A stretch of 64,000 nt of DNA from Candidatus Marinacidobacterales bacterium (GCA_965224085.1 CBDCYI010000005.1:416001-480000); one strand, 5' to 3'; shown: positions 39,940 to 49,886, counted from the stretch's first letter. Made by a program: numbers and translations. Notes: generated by a model from the sequence alone, not told the origin.

Positions 39940-41242
39940 TCATCGCACCTTCACCACGATTTCGACGGTCGCGGCGCCGGAAAAGACACGTCCCATCGAC
40001 GTCTTCGCAAACGTAATAGAGAGCGTAAGCGGGAATCGTAACGTCTCCCTCGAAATCCGAGGGCGTCTGCAGCTCGAACTCGACATGTCTCGGCTCTCGA
40101 CTCACCGGCTCGGGCGGGATGGCGACGGCGTGGCGCCGGGCATCCACTTGCCATCCGTCGGGAACGTCCACCCAGAAGACGGTGTCGTCCACTTCGTTGT
40201 TCCAATGAGCTTTCTTCGAGAGGTCGGGCCGAAAGACGACGTGCACCCTCACACTCTTGCCGGGAGCGACCCTCGACGGAACCATCACCGTCTCGACGCC
40301 GATGAGCGGCGCTTCGTCTCGGAAGATGCGCCCCTCTGGATCGGGCGGCTCGCGCTCGGTTCCCGAGCTGATGAACGCCTTCACGGGCTCGGCAAACTCG
40401 GCGCCCCTGGGCTCGACCGCGAGTGCTATGGCCGTCTCTCCGCGCGCTTCGATCGCGGCGCGCGCTTCGGGAACCCAGTCATAAAAGGGGTACGGCTTGT
40501 CGAGCGGGGGTCCATATTGCTGGATACGTCGGCGGAAGATGTACTGGTTCGGGTCGAGCTCGAGAGCTTGCACCCAGTGCTCGACCGCCTTCGCGAAGTC
40601 GTCAGGCTTCCGCGCGTCGGAGTCGTAGCGCTTGCGATAGGCTACGCCGAGACGAAAGTGCGCGCGCGCGTCGGGCTCGGCGACGCGCTTTAGGAGGCCG
40701 GCAATCGCGTCGCTCACGTCGCCGCCCCAAAGGAGCACGTGCTCCGGCGAATCCTCGGCAACGTCGAGCTCCGTTCCCCGGCCGGGCACATGCGTGTAAT
40801 CCGTCGTGAGGAAAACCTCGAGGTCCTCGTCGCTAGGCCGTTCGTAGCGGACGATGCCCGCTTCGTCGATGAGATAGGTGAGCGGCACCGCCAAGACGTC
40901 GAGCAAGTTCAGCGAATCGATGAGAAGCGGCCAGCTCATTTCCTTCCACTGCATGAACAGGCGGGTACGGTCGGGATGTTGCTCTTCGATGATGCCGACC
41001 ATCTGGAGCTTGCCTTCGTCTTGAAGCGTCTTCGTTCTCTCGTGCCACCCGGGCACGTGCTTGCGGCAGCCCGCTCACCAGGAGGCCCACACATGGAGCA
41101 TCACCTTCTCGCCGCGGAAGTCCTGGAGCGAGAGCGGGACTCCGTCATCGCTCGATGGAAGCGTCAGCGCGGGCGCGGGCGCGCCGACCGTGAACGGCGA
41201 AGGCGCGGCCGCGAGCATCAAAGCGAAAGCAAAAGCCGGCAT
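39940..41242 (-). CDS. Putative selenoprotein: exported TlpA/redoxin (UxxC) + TPR-like + DsbD-N-like domain
   Basis: The frame from ATG 41242 gives LSLQDFRGEKVMLHVWASW-TGA(41075-41077)-AGCRKHVP and runs into ORF 39833..41056. C-terminal YYVCEDVDGTCLF. A probable +1 error near 39967 would put the true stop at about 39940. Confidence 0.78.
41041..41074 (-). promoter_or_regulatory. Candidate bacterial SECIS element
   Basis: Stem CGUGCC/GGCACG with loop CGGGU; the stem begins 17 nt after the UGA. Confidence 0.6.
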
Positions 41243-41320
41243 AGCGAACACCTCTCGACCATCAATCTACCATGACCACGCAACGCTTCGATTGTCGGCG
41301 GGAAACGGTACCATTACCGC

Positions 41321-41734
41321 ATGAGCGAGACGCCGACATCCATTCTCTTTCTCTGCGTCGCCAACTCGGCGCGGAGCCAAATGGCGGAAGGGCTGGCCCG
41401 CTCTCTCGCGCCCGAAGGAGTCGCGATCCTGAGCGCCGGCTCGATGCCGGCCCAAGTGAACCCCTACGCGATCGAGGTCATGAGCGAGATTGGGATCGAT
41501 CTTTCGACGCATCACGCAAAGTCCGTCGACGACATCCCCAAAGAGGAGGTCGCGACCGTCATCACGCTCTGCGCCGAAGAGGTGTGCCCGGTTTTCCCGG
41601 GCGAGGTGGAAAAGCTACATTGGCCGCACAAAGACCCCGCGGGCACCGTCGGATCGAAAGAAGAGATACTCGAATCGTTCCGCCGCGTTCGCGATCAAAT
41701 CCGCTCCAAGCTCGTCGCATTCTTCGAAAGGTAG
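41321..41734 (+). CDS. arsC: Arsenate reductase, thioredoxin-dependent (LMW-PTP fold)
   Basis: [25 protein letters not shown] and HWPHKDP motifs. Confidence 0.85.
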   Translation: MSETPTSILFLCVANSARSQMAEGLARSLAPEGVAILSAGSMPAQVNPYAIEVMSEIGIDLSTHHAKSVDDIPKEEVATVITLCAEEVCPVFPGEVEKLHWPHKDPAGTVGSKEEILESFRRVRDQIRSKLVAFFER

Positions 41735-41740
41735 ACCCAG

Positions 41741-42287
41741 ATGTTTTGGATGCTGAACTGGATGCTTCTTCTGCTTCTCGCCGCCGAGAACTCGCCGTTC
41801 GCTGAGCTCGAGTGGCGCAATATTGGCCCTGCTGTCATGGGAGGCCGCGCCTCCGACATCGAAGGCGTGCCGGGCGATCCGCGCATCGTCTATGCCGCGG
41901 CCGCTTCCGGCGGTGTATGGAAGACCACCGATGGCGGCATCAAGTGGCAGCCGATCTTCGACGAGCAGCCGGTCGCTTCGATTGGCGACATTGCGCTCGA
42001 GCCGGGGAATCCGGCCGTTCTCTACGTGGGCACGGGCGAAGCCAATCTTCGCAACAGCGTCTCCTTCGGAAACGGTGTCTACAAAACGACCGATGGCGGC
42101 GAAAGCTGGAAGCATCTCGGCCTCGAGGACACGCGCCACATCTCCCGCATCCTCATCGACCCGAAAGAGCCGAAGCGGGTCTACGTGGGCGCTCTGGGCC
42201 ACGCTTTCGGACCCAATGAAGAGCGAGGCGTCTTTCGAAGCGTGGATGGCGGCGAGCATTGGGAGAAGGTGCTCTACGTCGACGAGC
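41741..42287 (+). pseudogene. VPS10/BNR-repeat glycosyl hydrolase-like protein, N-terminal fragment
   Basis: WRNIGPAVMGGR, GGVWKTTDGG, YVGTGE and ERGVFRSVDGG; truncated after KVLYVDE. Confidence 0.8.
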
Positions 42288-42998
42288 GACAGCACGTCGT
42301 GCACCGGAACCCTCGTCGGACCGAGGCACGTGGTGACGGCGGGACACTGCGTCAAGGGCGGCGGCAACATATGGTATGACTTCTTCGTGATCCCGGGTCG
42401 CGATGGAACACTCTCGCCCTACGGGTCGGCTCACATGAGCGACACCGAGGGGCTGAACACTGGATTTCGCTGGTACTGGATCCCGGCGGCGGCTGTCAAC
42501 ACCCCCGGCAACTGGTACACGGGCCTTGACATCGCCATCCTCATCCTCCCCCAGCGGCTGGGAGACGTGGCCGGGTGGATGGGCACGGCAGCGCGATCGG
42601 AGAACGCGCTGACCTCGTCGTACCAGCGGAATCTCGGCTACCCGGCTCAGTCCGGGGGATCGCCCATCGGCTACCACGCCAGCCTGGTCGAGGGTGCGCT
42701 CTACGGGGACCTCAACCAGTGCAACGTCGGCGACTACGACCACTACGACGCCCAGGGGTGGGCCCGGCTGGCCAATCACGCCTGCGACCTCACGTCGGGC
42801 CACAGCGGCGGCCCGATCTACCACTGGTTCTTCGATCCCCCAAACGGGTCGTTTCCAGTGGTGAGCCTGATCATCAGTCACCATTCGGCCTTTGCGAACG
42901 ACTTCGACTGTCCTAACAATCCCCGGCCGTACAGCGCCACGAGAATCACCGCGGAGTACATCAACCAGCTTCTGTTCATGTTGAGCTGGAAGCCCTGA
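42288..42998 (+). pseudogene. Trypsin-like (V8/glutamyl endopeptidase type) serine protease, C-terminal fragment
   Basis: CTGTLVGPRHVVTAGHC, DIA and DLTSGHSGGP catalytic motifs. Confidence 0.8.
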
Positions 42999-43003
42999 GT
43001 GCT

Positions 43004-43114
43004 CAGCACACCTATCTATTGAAAGAACCCATCGCTATCCCGAGCGGAACGCGCATTTTCGTTACGGCGCATTTCGACAACTCCAAACGTAACGCGTTCA
43101 ATCCGGATCCGACT
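43004..43114 (+). pseudogene. Fragment of a copper type II monooxygenase-like C-terminal domain
   Basis: [37 protein letters not shown]. Confidence 0.5.
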
Positions 43115-43448
43115 ACGAGCGCATAGGCTTTCGACTTGTCGAAGCGGGCGCCGTAGCCGCGAAAATATCCGCCCTGCAATATCGTGATGTACGCATCGCG
43201 AGGATGGTGATGCGGGGGCTTCGAATATCCGGCGGGATAGCGCAAGCGCAAGACGAAAGGCCCGGGCGCGTCCGGGTCGCCGTACAGAACGGCTCGCTCG
43301 ACACCGCTCGGTAGAGTCTCCCAGTCCAGCGCGTCGCTATGCAGAACGACAGGATCCTCGAGCCCTGCAGCGAAAGCCAGGGTGAGTCCCAGGGCCAGAA
43401 GGACAGTGAGGAAAAAGCTGGCTTTTTTTTCACTTTCGTTACTTTCAT
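43113..43448 (-). pseudogene. Exported cupin (DUF4437-like) fragment, frameshifted in an A-tract
   Basis: The alternate frame reads AVLYGDPDAPGPFVLRLRYPAGYSKPPHHHPRD. Confidence 0.65.
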
Positions 43449-43496
43449 TTTTTTCGATCCTTTAGAAACGGACTTTTCAGAACGACGACGACGAAG

Positions 43497-44477
43497 TCAG
43501 TGGATGCCGATCGGGTTCAGCCGTGCGAATATCGGTCTGTGCGAATACCGAAGCCCAGCGCCGGCCAGCCTCGGAAGGAGCATTCCGGCCAGTACAATCG
43601 CCATGACCGACCACTGCTGCGAGTTCGGCACCTCGCCCAGGAGCAGAAAGGCGAACAAAAGGCTCATCGCCGGGTTGAGCAACTGACTATTGGCGATCGT
43701 CTTGACCGGGAGCATGCTGGTCGCCCGCAACCATAGGAGCTGCGCCGCCACCACCGCGAGAGCGGCGTAAGCGATCATGATCAACCAAAGCTCGCCGATA
43801 AAAGCCATCGCAAAGTGCTCGAACCCAAACAGGACTATCGCGATCGCGAAAAACACCATCGCAGAGACGAAGTTGCGAAAAAACACATAGAGCGGTACCG
43901 AGCAAAACTGCAGCACTCGCTGAGAGATGAACTCGGTCAGCGCTAAAAAAGGCGCTGCGATCAGAACGAGCAGCTCTCCCGTTTGGATGCGAAGGCCACC
44001 GTTGTTCATGACCACCAGAAAGAACACACCGACTCCGATGAGCGCGTAACCCGCGACATCGAGCTTTCGAAGTCTCGAGCCGAAGAACATCGCCGACAGT
44101 ACAACAAAAACAATGCCGTTGAATCGGGAGAGCAACACGATATTGATGACGGAGGTCTGCTCGAGCGCGGTAAATAGGAGGGCCGGATAGATGGTGGACA
44201 CCAGAGCCCCCAAAAGCAAAAGCCCGATGGTTTTCTTCGACTGCCGAGCGAGCTCGGTCGCGAGTTTCCCGGCGCCGTGGAAAATCACCATCGTCAGTCC
44301 GGCACACAGATTGCCGACGAACAAAACGTTGCAGAAAGAAATCGCTCCAGGGTAGCGAACGCCGAGCGACCCACCCATGGTGGTGAGAAGCTTGAGAAGA
44401 GCTGGCCCCAGTGCGAATAGGGCCGTAGCCGAGAACAGAAGAACCAACGCCAGACGCTTTCCACTTTGAGTCATCAT
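43497..44477 (-). CDS. DMT/EamA family transporter
   Basis: About ten TM segments and LNPAMSLLFAFLLLGE. Confidence 0.8.
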   Translation of the reverse strand: MMTQSGKRLALVLLFSATALFALGPALLKLLTTMGGSLGVRYPGAISFCNVLFVGNLCAGLTMVIFHGAGKLATELARQSKKTIGLLLLGALVSTIYPALLFTALEQTSVINIVLLSRFNGIVFVVLSAMFFGSRLRKLDVAGYALIGVGVFFLVVMNNGGLRIQTGELLVLIAAPFLALTEFISQRVLQFCSVPLYVFFRNFVSAMVFFAIAIVLFGFEHFAMAFIGELWLIMIAYAALAVVAAQLLWLRATSMLPVKTIANSQLLNPAMSLLFAFLLLGEVPNSQQWSVMAIVLAGMLLPRLAGAGLRYSHRPIFARLNPIGIH

Positions 44478-44490
44478 CGAAACACCGCCG

Positions 44491-44554
44491 CTGAGAGCCG
44501 CTGAGAGTCGTTGAGTCGTTGAGCCGTTGAGCGGTTGAGCCGTTGAGCCGTTGA
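44491..44554. repeat. Intergenic tandem repeat: 2x CTGAGAGYCG + 5x TTGAGCCG-like
   Basis: Directly visible degenerate 10-bp and 8-bp units. Confidence 0.85.
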
Positions 44555-44627
44555 AGTTGACCCGCCAGGCGCCCAGAAGCCTGAGTCGAGACTTCCGGGC
44601 ACCGAGCCGGTTTCACGAGATGCGGAA

Positions 44628-45335
44628 TTAGCGCGGGATGCGCTTGAAGACGAATGTCCCGACGGGAACGCGATTTCCGTTCTGGACAAAGTCGCCGTTC
44701 GTGAGCGCTTTGGTCGCGGCTTTCGGGTTCAAGTCCTGATCGTCCGCCATGTAGCGGGTACCGGCATCTCCACCCGAATCCCAGGCGTAGACGGTGACCG
44801 CCATCGAGGAAACCCAGCGGCCATCTTGCTGCAGGCTGACGTCGGACACGCCGTAGAACCAGTCCGGGCTCGGCGCGATCATGCCTACCAAAGATACCCG
44901 CGGAAAGGTTGTCGAGACCTCGAACATCGAGCTAATGGTCGGGTGAACCGGGCCGGGGCTGGCATCGGCGAAACGGATGAGTGTCCCGACCTTGCCGCTG
45001 TGTATGGCTGATTGAATCTCTTGATCGAGAGGATCATGCTTGCCCATTTCGGACAGTCGCTCCAAACCCGGAGACGGCGTTTTTCCTTTCGCAAACAGGC
45101 TGAACGCGTCCGCGTGCGTCGCGCCGATGACGGGCGTCAGAAGCCCCTTCTTAGCGTGAGTGATTGGATAGTCCGTGGGATGCGTCGCGGGGTTCCAGGA
45201 CGGCGCAAAAGTGACCGTGTAAGCCGCTCGGTCCACGGAAGAGGCCCCATCATCCTCGGCCAGGGAAACTATCGCGCCGAGACAAACTATGGAGCCAGAA
45301 AGGGCCATTTTCGCGATCGTGCTTTTCAAATACAT
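44628..45335 (-). CDS. Spondin_N domain exported protein
   Basis: YTVTF..W...THP, IGATH, MIAPSPDWF and WDSGGD motifs; AGGAGG RBS. Confidence 0.85.
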   Translation of the reverse strand: MYLKSTIAKMALSGSIVCLGAIVSLAEDDGASSVDRAAYTVTFAPSWNPATHPTDYPITHAKKGLLTPVIGATHADAFSLFAKGKTPSPGLERLSEMGKHDPLDQEIQSAIHSGKVGTLIRFADASPGPVHPTISSMFEVSTTFPRVSLVGMIAPSPDWFYGVSDVSLQQDGRWVSSMAVTVYAWDSGGDAGTRYMADDQDLNPKAATKALTNGDFVQNGNRVPVGTFVFKRIPR

Positions 45336-45504
45336 TGAAAACCTCCTGAATTCTGTTTGTGAGAGCCCCACATTTCGCCTCGTCCGGAGCTCGTTAACGG
45401 ATTCTTAGGCTTGGATTCCCAGCTTGCCCAAAGGTTTCAGGAAATTTCATCGTGCTCTGTTTTCGAGCCAGGTGACACGTCGCTCGAATAAGCGGTCATA
45501 ATAG

Positions 45505-45533
45505 TCATCCAAGAAAGCGTACACGGCGTATCA
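45505..45533 (+). promoter_or_regulatory. ECF sigma autoregulatory promoter
   Basis: TCATCC-N16-CGTATCA, repeated with identical spacing at 46944. Confidence 0.7.
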
Positions 45534-45561
45534 AGAACGAGACACTAGAAAGGGCACGTGC

Positions 45562-46143
45562 TTGAGTGAACTAGCCACATCGGCGACGTCTCCCGCTTCG
45601 GACGGGGAGCTGCTGTCCGAAGTGCGGGCCGGCTACGTCGCGTCTCTCGAAGCGCTCTATGACCGCTACGCGGGCTACGTGCACGCGCTCGCGATTCGGA
45701 TCGTCGGCAGCAGCGAGGAAGCCGAAGAGATCACCCAAGACGTGTTCTGGCAACTTTGGAAGAAGAAGCTTCTGTACGACCCCGAGCGGGGCCACTTCAG
45801 CACATGGCTCTTCGCCGTCACCCGGAACCGCGCGCTCGACCGGATTCGATCGGCGAGCCGCCGGCCGGAAACGGAGGCCCTCTCGGTCGACAAGGCTGTG
45901 CCGCCTGGCGCCAGTCCCGAGGACTCCGCGTATTTTGCCGAGCGCCGACGCCACGTCCGGCGCGCGCTCGAGGAGCTTCCGCCGGCGCAACAGCAGGCCG
46001 TCGAGCTTTGTTTCTTCCAGGGGATGACACATCGCGAGGCGGCGGCGCGCCTCGACGAACCGTTAGGCACGGTGAAGAGCCGAATCAAGATGGGCATCGA
46101 CAAACTGAAGCAGAGTCTCGCCTCTTCGGGAGAGCTCCGATGA
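45562..46143 (+). CDS. ECF RNA polymerase sigma factor (SigK-like)
   Basis: AEEITQDVF, TWLFAVTRNRALD and PLGTVKSRI motifs. Confidence 0.92.
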   Translation: MSELATSATSPASDGELLSEVRAGYVASLEALYDRYAGYVHALAIRIVGSSEEAEEITQDVFWQLWKKKLLYDPERGHFSTWLFAVTRNRALDRIRSASRRPETEALSVDKAVPPGASPEDSAYFAERRRHVRRALEELPPAQQQAVELCFFQGMTHREAAARLDEPLGTVKSRIKMGIDKLKQSLASSGELR

Positions 46144-46913
46144 AGCCACAGGACGAATACCAGGAGCTGGCGGCGCTCTACGCGCTCGGCGCTCTCGACA
46201 CGCCCGAGCGGAAAAGCTTCGAGGCTCACCTGGCGGCGGGCTGCGCGGCGTGCCAAGAGTCTCTTCGTGAAGCGCGTGACGTGTCCGACGAGCTCGCTCT
46301 GTCCATCGACCCCATCGATCCGCCGGCACGGGTTCGCGAGCGCCTCTTTTCCAGGGTGGGCAACGACCCTGTCCGGGCGGACGCCTCTCTGAATCCCTCC
46401 GGGCAAAAAAGCACGGCTCACGTCTATTGGGCAGCTCTCGCAACCGCCGCGAGCCTAGTTGTGGCAACGGGACTCTGGATTCAGACGCGTTCCCTCGCGC
46501 GCGAGCTCGATAACGAGACGTCGAACCGCCTCCTGCTCGAAGAAGAGCTGGCCCGGGTCAAGGAGATCTTCGACGCTTTGAGCTCACCGCGAAACCGAGC
46601 GGTGTCTCTCGATGCTCAGCCCGCGGCGCCCGGCGCGCGTGCGAGCGCCTTTCTCGATTCACAGAATGGACGATTGTTCCTCTATGTCGAGAACCTCGAC
46701 CCGCTCCCCGCGGGACAGACGTATCAAATCTGGCTCATCGTCGACGGTACACCCGTGAGCGCGGGTATCTTCGACGTCCAAGCGGACGGAAGCGCTCGGC
46801 TGGACGGTGAGCCGCTTCCCGGTTTCGAAGGCAACGTAACGGTGGCCGTCACCGTAGAGCCCGCGGGCGGTGTCCCGCAGCCGACGGGTCCCATGGTGCT
46901 GCTCAGCTCCTAG
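46140..46913 (+). CDS. Anti-sigma factor RskA family
   Basis: YALGAL, a HLAAGCAAC zinc-like motif, a TM helix, YQIWLI and AVTVEPAGGVPQPTG. Confidence 0.9.
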   Translation: MKPQDEYQELAALYALGALDTPERKSFEAHLAAGCAACQESLREARDVSDELALSIDPIDPPARVRERLFSRVGNDPVRADASLNPSGQKSTAHVYWAALATAASLVVATGLWIQTRSLARELDNETSNRLLLEEELARVKEIFDALSSPRNRAVSLDAQPAAPGARASAFLDSQNGRLFLYVENLDPLPAGQTYQIWLIVDGTPVSAGIFDVQADGSARLDGEPLPGFEGNVTVAVTVEPAGGVPQPTGPMVLLSS

Positions 46914-46943
46914 CAGCTAGGACCCTCTTCCTCTCTTCATCGC

Positions 46944-46972
46944 TCATCCAAAAACGCCCCGGCGGCGTATCA
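46944..46972 (+). promoter_or_regulatory. ECF promoter of the DUF4331-TPR genes
   Basis: TCATCC-N16-CGTATCA followed by an AAGGAG RBS. Confidence 0.7.
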
Positions 46973-47008
46973 CCAGCAAAACGTTCTTAGATGAACAAGG
47001 AGAGCTAG

Positions 47009-48607
47009 ATGAAGAATGTGAAACCAAAAACGATTGTCTTGGTCGTTGGCCTGGCCGTGGCTGCTGCCGTGGCGCGGTCTTCCAACCACCGCGAAGCTCC
47101 AATCACCGCGCTCGACCACAAGGCGGACATCACCGACGTCTATGCGTTCGTCAGCTACACCGCCGACCAAGCTCCGGAAACACCGCCTTCGAACGTCACG
47201 TTGATTATGGGGGTCGATCCGCTGCTCGAGCCCGGGAACGGCCCGAACCTCTTTCCCTTTGACCCGAACATTCTCTACGAGATTCATGTCGATAACGATC
47301 ATGACGCGCGGGCCGATGTCACCTTTCAATTTCGATTCGAGACGGAATTCCAACTTCCCGGTGTTTATACCGCCGTCGCGGGCATCGGTGACGATGGCGC
47401 CTTCGACCCCAACACCGGCACCCTCGTCGTGCCGCCACAAATTCGCGACTTCTCGAATCCCGGGCTCAACCTGCGCCAGACCTATCGCGTCACGATGTCG
47501 AAGGAAAACGGAAAGCGAACGAAAAGTAACAAGAGCAATAAGAGCAATAAGAGCGAGAAGGACAAGACCGAGCTCCGGAACGACGACGGCTCTCCCTTCT
47601 TCGTCGTGCCCGGCAATGCCGGCCCGCGAACCATGGACTACGAAGCTCTGTTCGACGCCGGTACCTATGGGCTCTCGAACGGTATTTCGTTATTTGCCGG
47701 GACCAGCGACGACGCGTTTTGGATCGATTTGGGAGCCGCTTTCGACACCGCGAACTTCCGCACTTTGTCGAGCGGTGTTCCGGGCGTGCTCACCGCGGAC
47801 GAGGATGGCGCGGCGATGAATTTTGCGAGCGACACCGTGTCGGGTTTTGCGGTGAACTCCATCGCGATAGAAGTTCCCATCGACATGCTCACGCGTACTG
47901 GCATATTGGAGCCAGCGGGCTCACCCGATGCCACGATCGGCGTCTGGACGACCACTTCTAGACGGCGCATGACGATCCGACGCTCTCCGGAAGAGGCCAA
48001 GCACAAGGGCCCGTGGCGTCAGGTCCAGAGAATGGGAAATCCGCTCATCAACGAGCTCCTCATCGGCATCGGCTCGAAGGATCGCTTCAGCATGGACGAG
48101 CCCAGAAACGACGCTCAGTTCGCGGATTTTTTTCTCGACCCGCCGATCGTGAGCATCGTAGAAGCGCTCTACGGTGGCGCGCTCGCCGTTCCGGCGGCGC
48201 CTCGCTTCGACCTCCTGCCGCTCGTAACCTATGCGCCACCCATTGCCGCTGCTGGAACCGAAGCCGGCCCAATTGCTGACTTGTTGCGCTTGAATACTGG
48301 CGTTCCCGCGACGCCATCGGCCATGGCCAGCCGGCTGGGACTGCTCGCAGGCGACGGGGCGGGCTTTCCAAACGGCCGGCGAGTCTTCGACGACGTCGTT
48401 GACATCACGCTCCGGGTGGCCATCGGCGGCGTTCTTGCCCCAGGCTTCACGGGTTTCGTTGCCGAGGTGAATGGACGTCTCGGGGACGGCGTCAACGTCA
48501 ACGACGCCGCGTACCGCGAGGCGTTTCCTTATCTCGCTTCCGCGCCCGACGGCCGCAACCGTCGCCACGTGGATCCAGGCGAGCCGGGCGGCGGTCCCAT
48601 ATCATGA
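47009..48607 (+). CDS. DUF4331 domain exported protein
   Basis: SNHREAP, DITDVYAF, QRMGNPLINE, GFPNGRR and FPYLA motifs. Confidence 0.9.
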   Translation: MKNVKPKTIVLVVGLAVAAAVARSSNHREAPITALDHKADITDVYAFVSYTADQAPETPPSNVTLIMGVDPLLEPGNGPNLFPFDPNILYEIHVDNDHDARADVTFQFRFETEFQLPGVYTAVAGIGDDGAFDPNTGTLVVPPQIRDFSNPGLNLRQTYRVTMSKENGKRTKSNKSNKSNKSEKDKTELRNDDGSPFFVVPGNAGPRTMDYEALFDAGTYGLSNGISLFAGTSDDAFWIDLGAAFDTANFRTLSSGVPGVLTADEDGAAMNFASDTVSGFAVNSIAIEVPIDMLTRTGILEPAGSPDATIGVWTTTSRRRMTIRRSPEEAKHKGPWRQVQRMGNPLINELLIGIGSKDRFSMDEPRNDAQFADFFLDPPIVSIVEALYGGALAVPAAPRFDLLPLVTYAPPIAAAGTEAGPIADLLRLNTGVPATPSAMASRLGLLAGDGAGFPNGRRVFDDVVDITLRVAIGGVLAPGFTGFVAEVNGRLGDGVNVNDAAYREAFPYLASAPDGRNRRHVDPGEPGGGPIS

Positions 48608-49886
48608 GGAAGAGACACAAGAGAGCTCATCTTGCAATGCTGCTCGCTGTGAGCGTGGCCGCGCCGCCCGCTTTCGCCCAGTCGCCTTCGCCGGCGGAAA
48701 AGCGCATCGACGCCGCGCGGGCCAAAATCGCGAAGAGCCCGGGCGCCTCAGAAGGCTACAACGCGCTGGCGCTCGCGCTCACACGGCGTGCACGGGAGAC
48801 CGCGGACACTGAGTATTACGCAAAAGCCGAAGACGCTCTCGAGATGTCGTTCGACCTCGCCCCTGATAATTTCGCGGGGCAGAAGATCCAAGTATGGGTC
48901 TTGCTGGGCCAACACGAGTTCGAGCGCGCACTCGAGAAAGCCAAAGCCTTGAACCGTCGCGCGCCGGACGACGTCATGGTGTACGGGCTTCTCACGGATG
49001 CCCACGTCGAGCTCGGTGACTACGAGGCCGCCGAAAAGGCCGCACAGTGGATGCTCGACTTGCGACCGGGGAACTTACCCGGCGTCACGCGCGGGGCTTA
49101 CCTCCGAGAGCTCTTCGGGGATATCGACGGCGCGCTCGAATGGATGAGGCGCGCCTACGAACAGACCTACTTCAATGAGAACGAGGAGCGCGCGTGGTTG
49201 CTGACACAGGTCGCTCATCTCGAAAGGTCGAGAGGAGCAATCGGAGCGGCCGAGGAAGCCGCAGAGCACGCCCTCGAGCTCTTCCCCGACACCACTACGC
49301 GCTCGCGGAGCTCGCGCACATCCGCATGGCTCAGGGCAAGTCTGACGAAGCTGTGTCTCTTTTCGAAGCGCGCTACCGCGTTGCGCCCCACCCGGAGAAC
49401 CTCTACGACGTGGCGAAAGCCAAACGCCGCGCGGGACGAGGCACTGAGGCCGAGGCCGCCGACCTCTTTTCCGAGTTCGAGCGACTTGCTTTGATGGAGT
49501 CCGAGGCCAACGACAATGCCAACCGGGAGCTCGTCTTCTACTATGCAGATGTAGCAAACGAGACATCCCGAGCGCTTGGAATCGCACGTACGGCGTCGGG
49601 GCGCCGCCGGGACGTCTTCACTCTCGATGCCTATGCTTGGGCGCTTTTCCGCGCGGGAAACTCCTAGGAAGCGTGGGAACAGATGGAGACCGCACTCGCG
49701 CCCGGGATAAAGGACGCGAAGTTCTTGTATCACGCAGGATGTATCCGCGCGGCGCTTGCGGATTCAGAGAGAGCAACAGGTTACTGGGAGCGCTCACTTC
49801 GGCTCGACCCCTATTCGGAGGTGGCCGCAGCCGCGAGGCAAGCCCTCGCTACGCTCACCGATCACGGGGCGACGGAAGGCAGCTAG
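48604..49886 (+). pseudogene. TPR protein (DUF4331 partner) with a frameshift near 49290 and an in-frame TAG at 49665-49667
   Basis: Three ORF pieces join into one TPR protein ending DAYAWALFRAGNS*EAWEQM...LYHAG. Confidence 0.8.

Noticed and set aside
41741-42998. Novel VPS10-serine protease fusion
   Set aside because: The two parts are in different frames and both truncated, consistent with a junction artefact.
24005-49667. Pyrrolysine or amber recoding at in-frame TAGs
   Set aside because: No pyl genes are seen, the positions are non-catalytic, TAG is a normal stop for many genes here, and a TAA case also exists.
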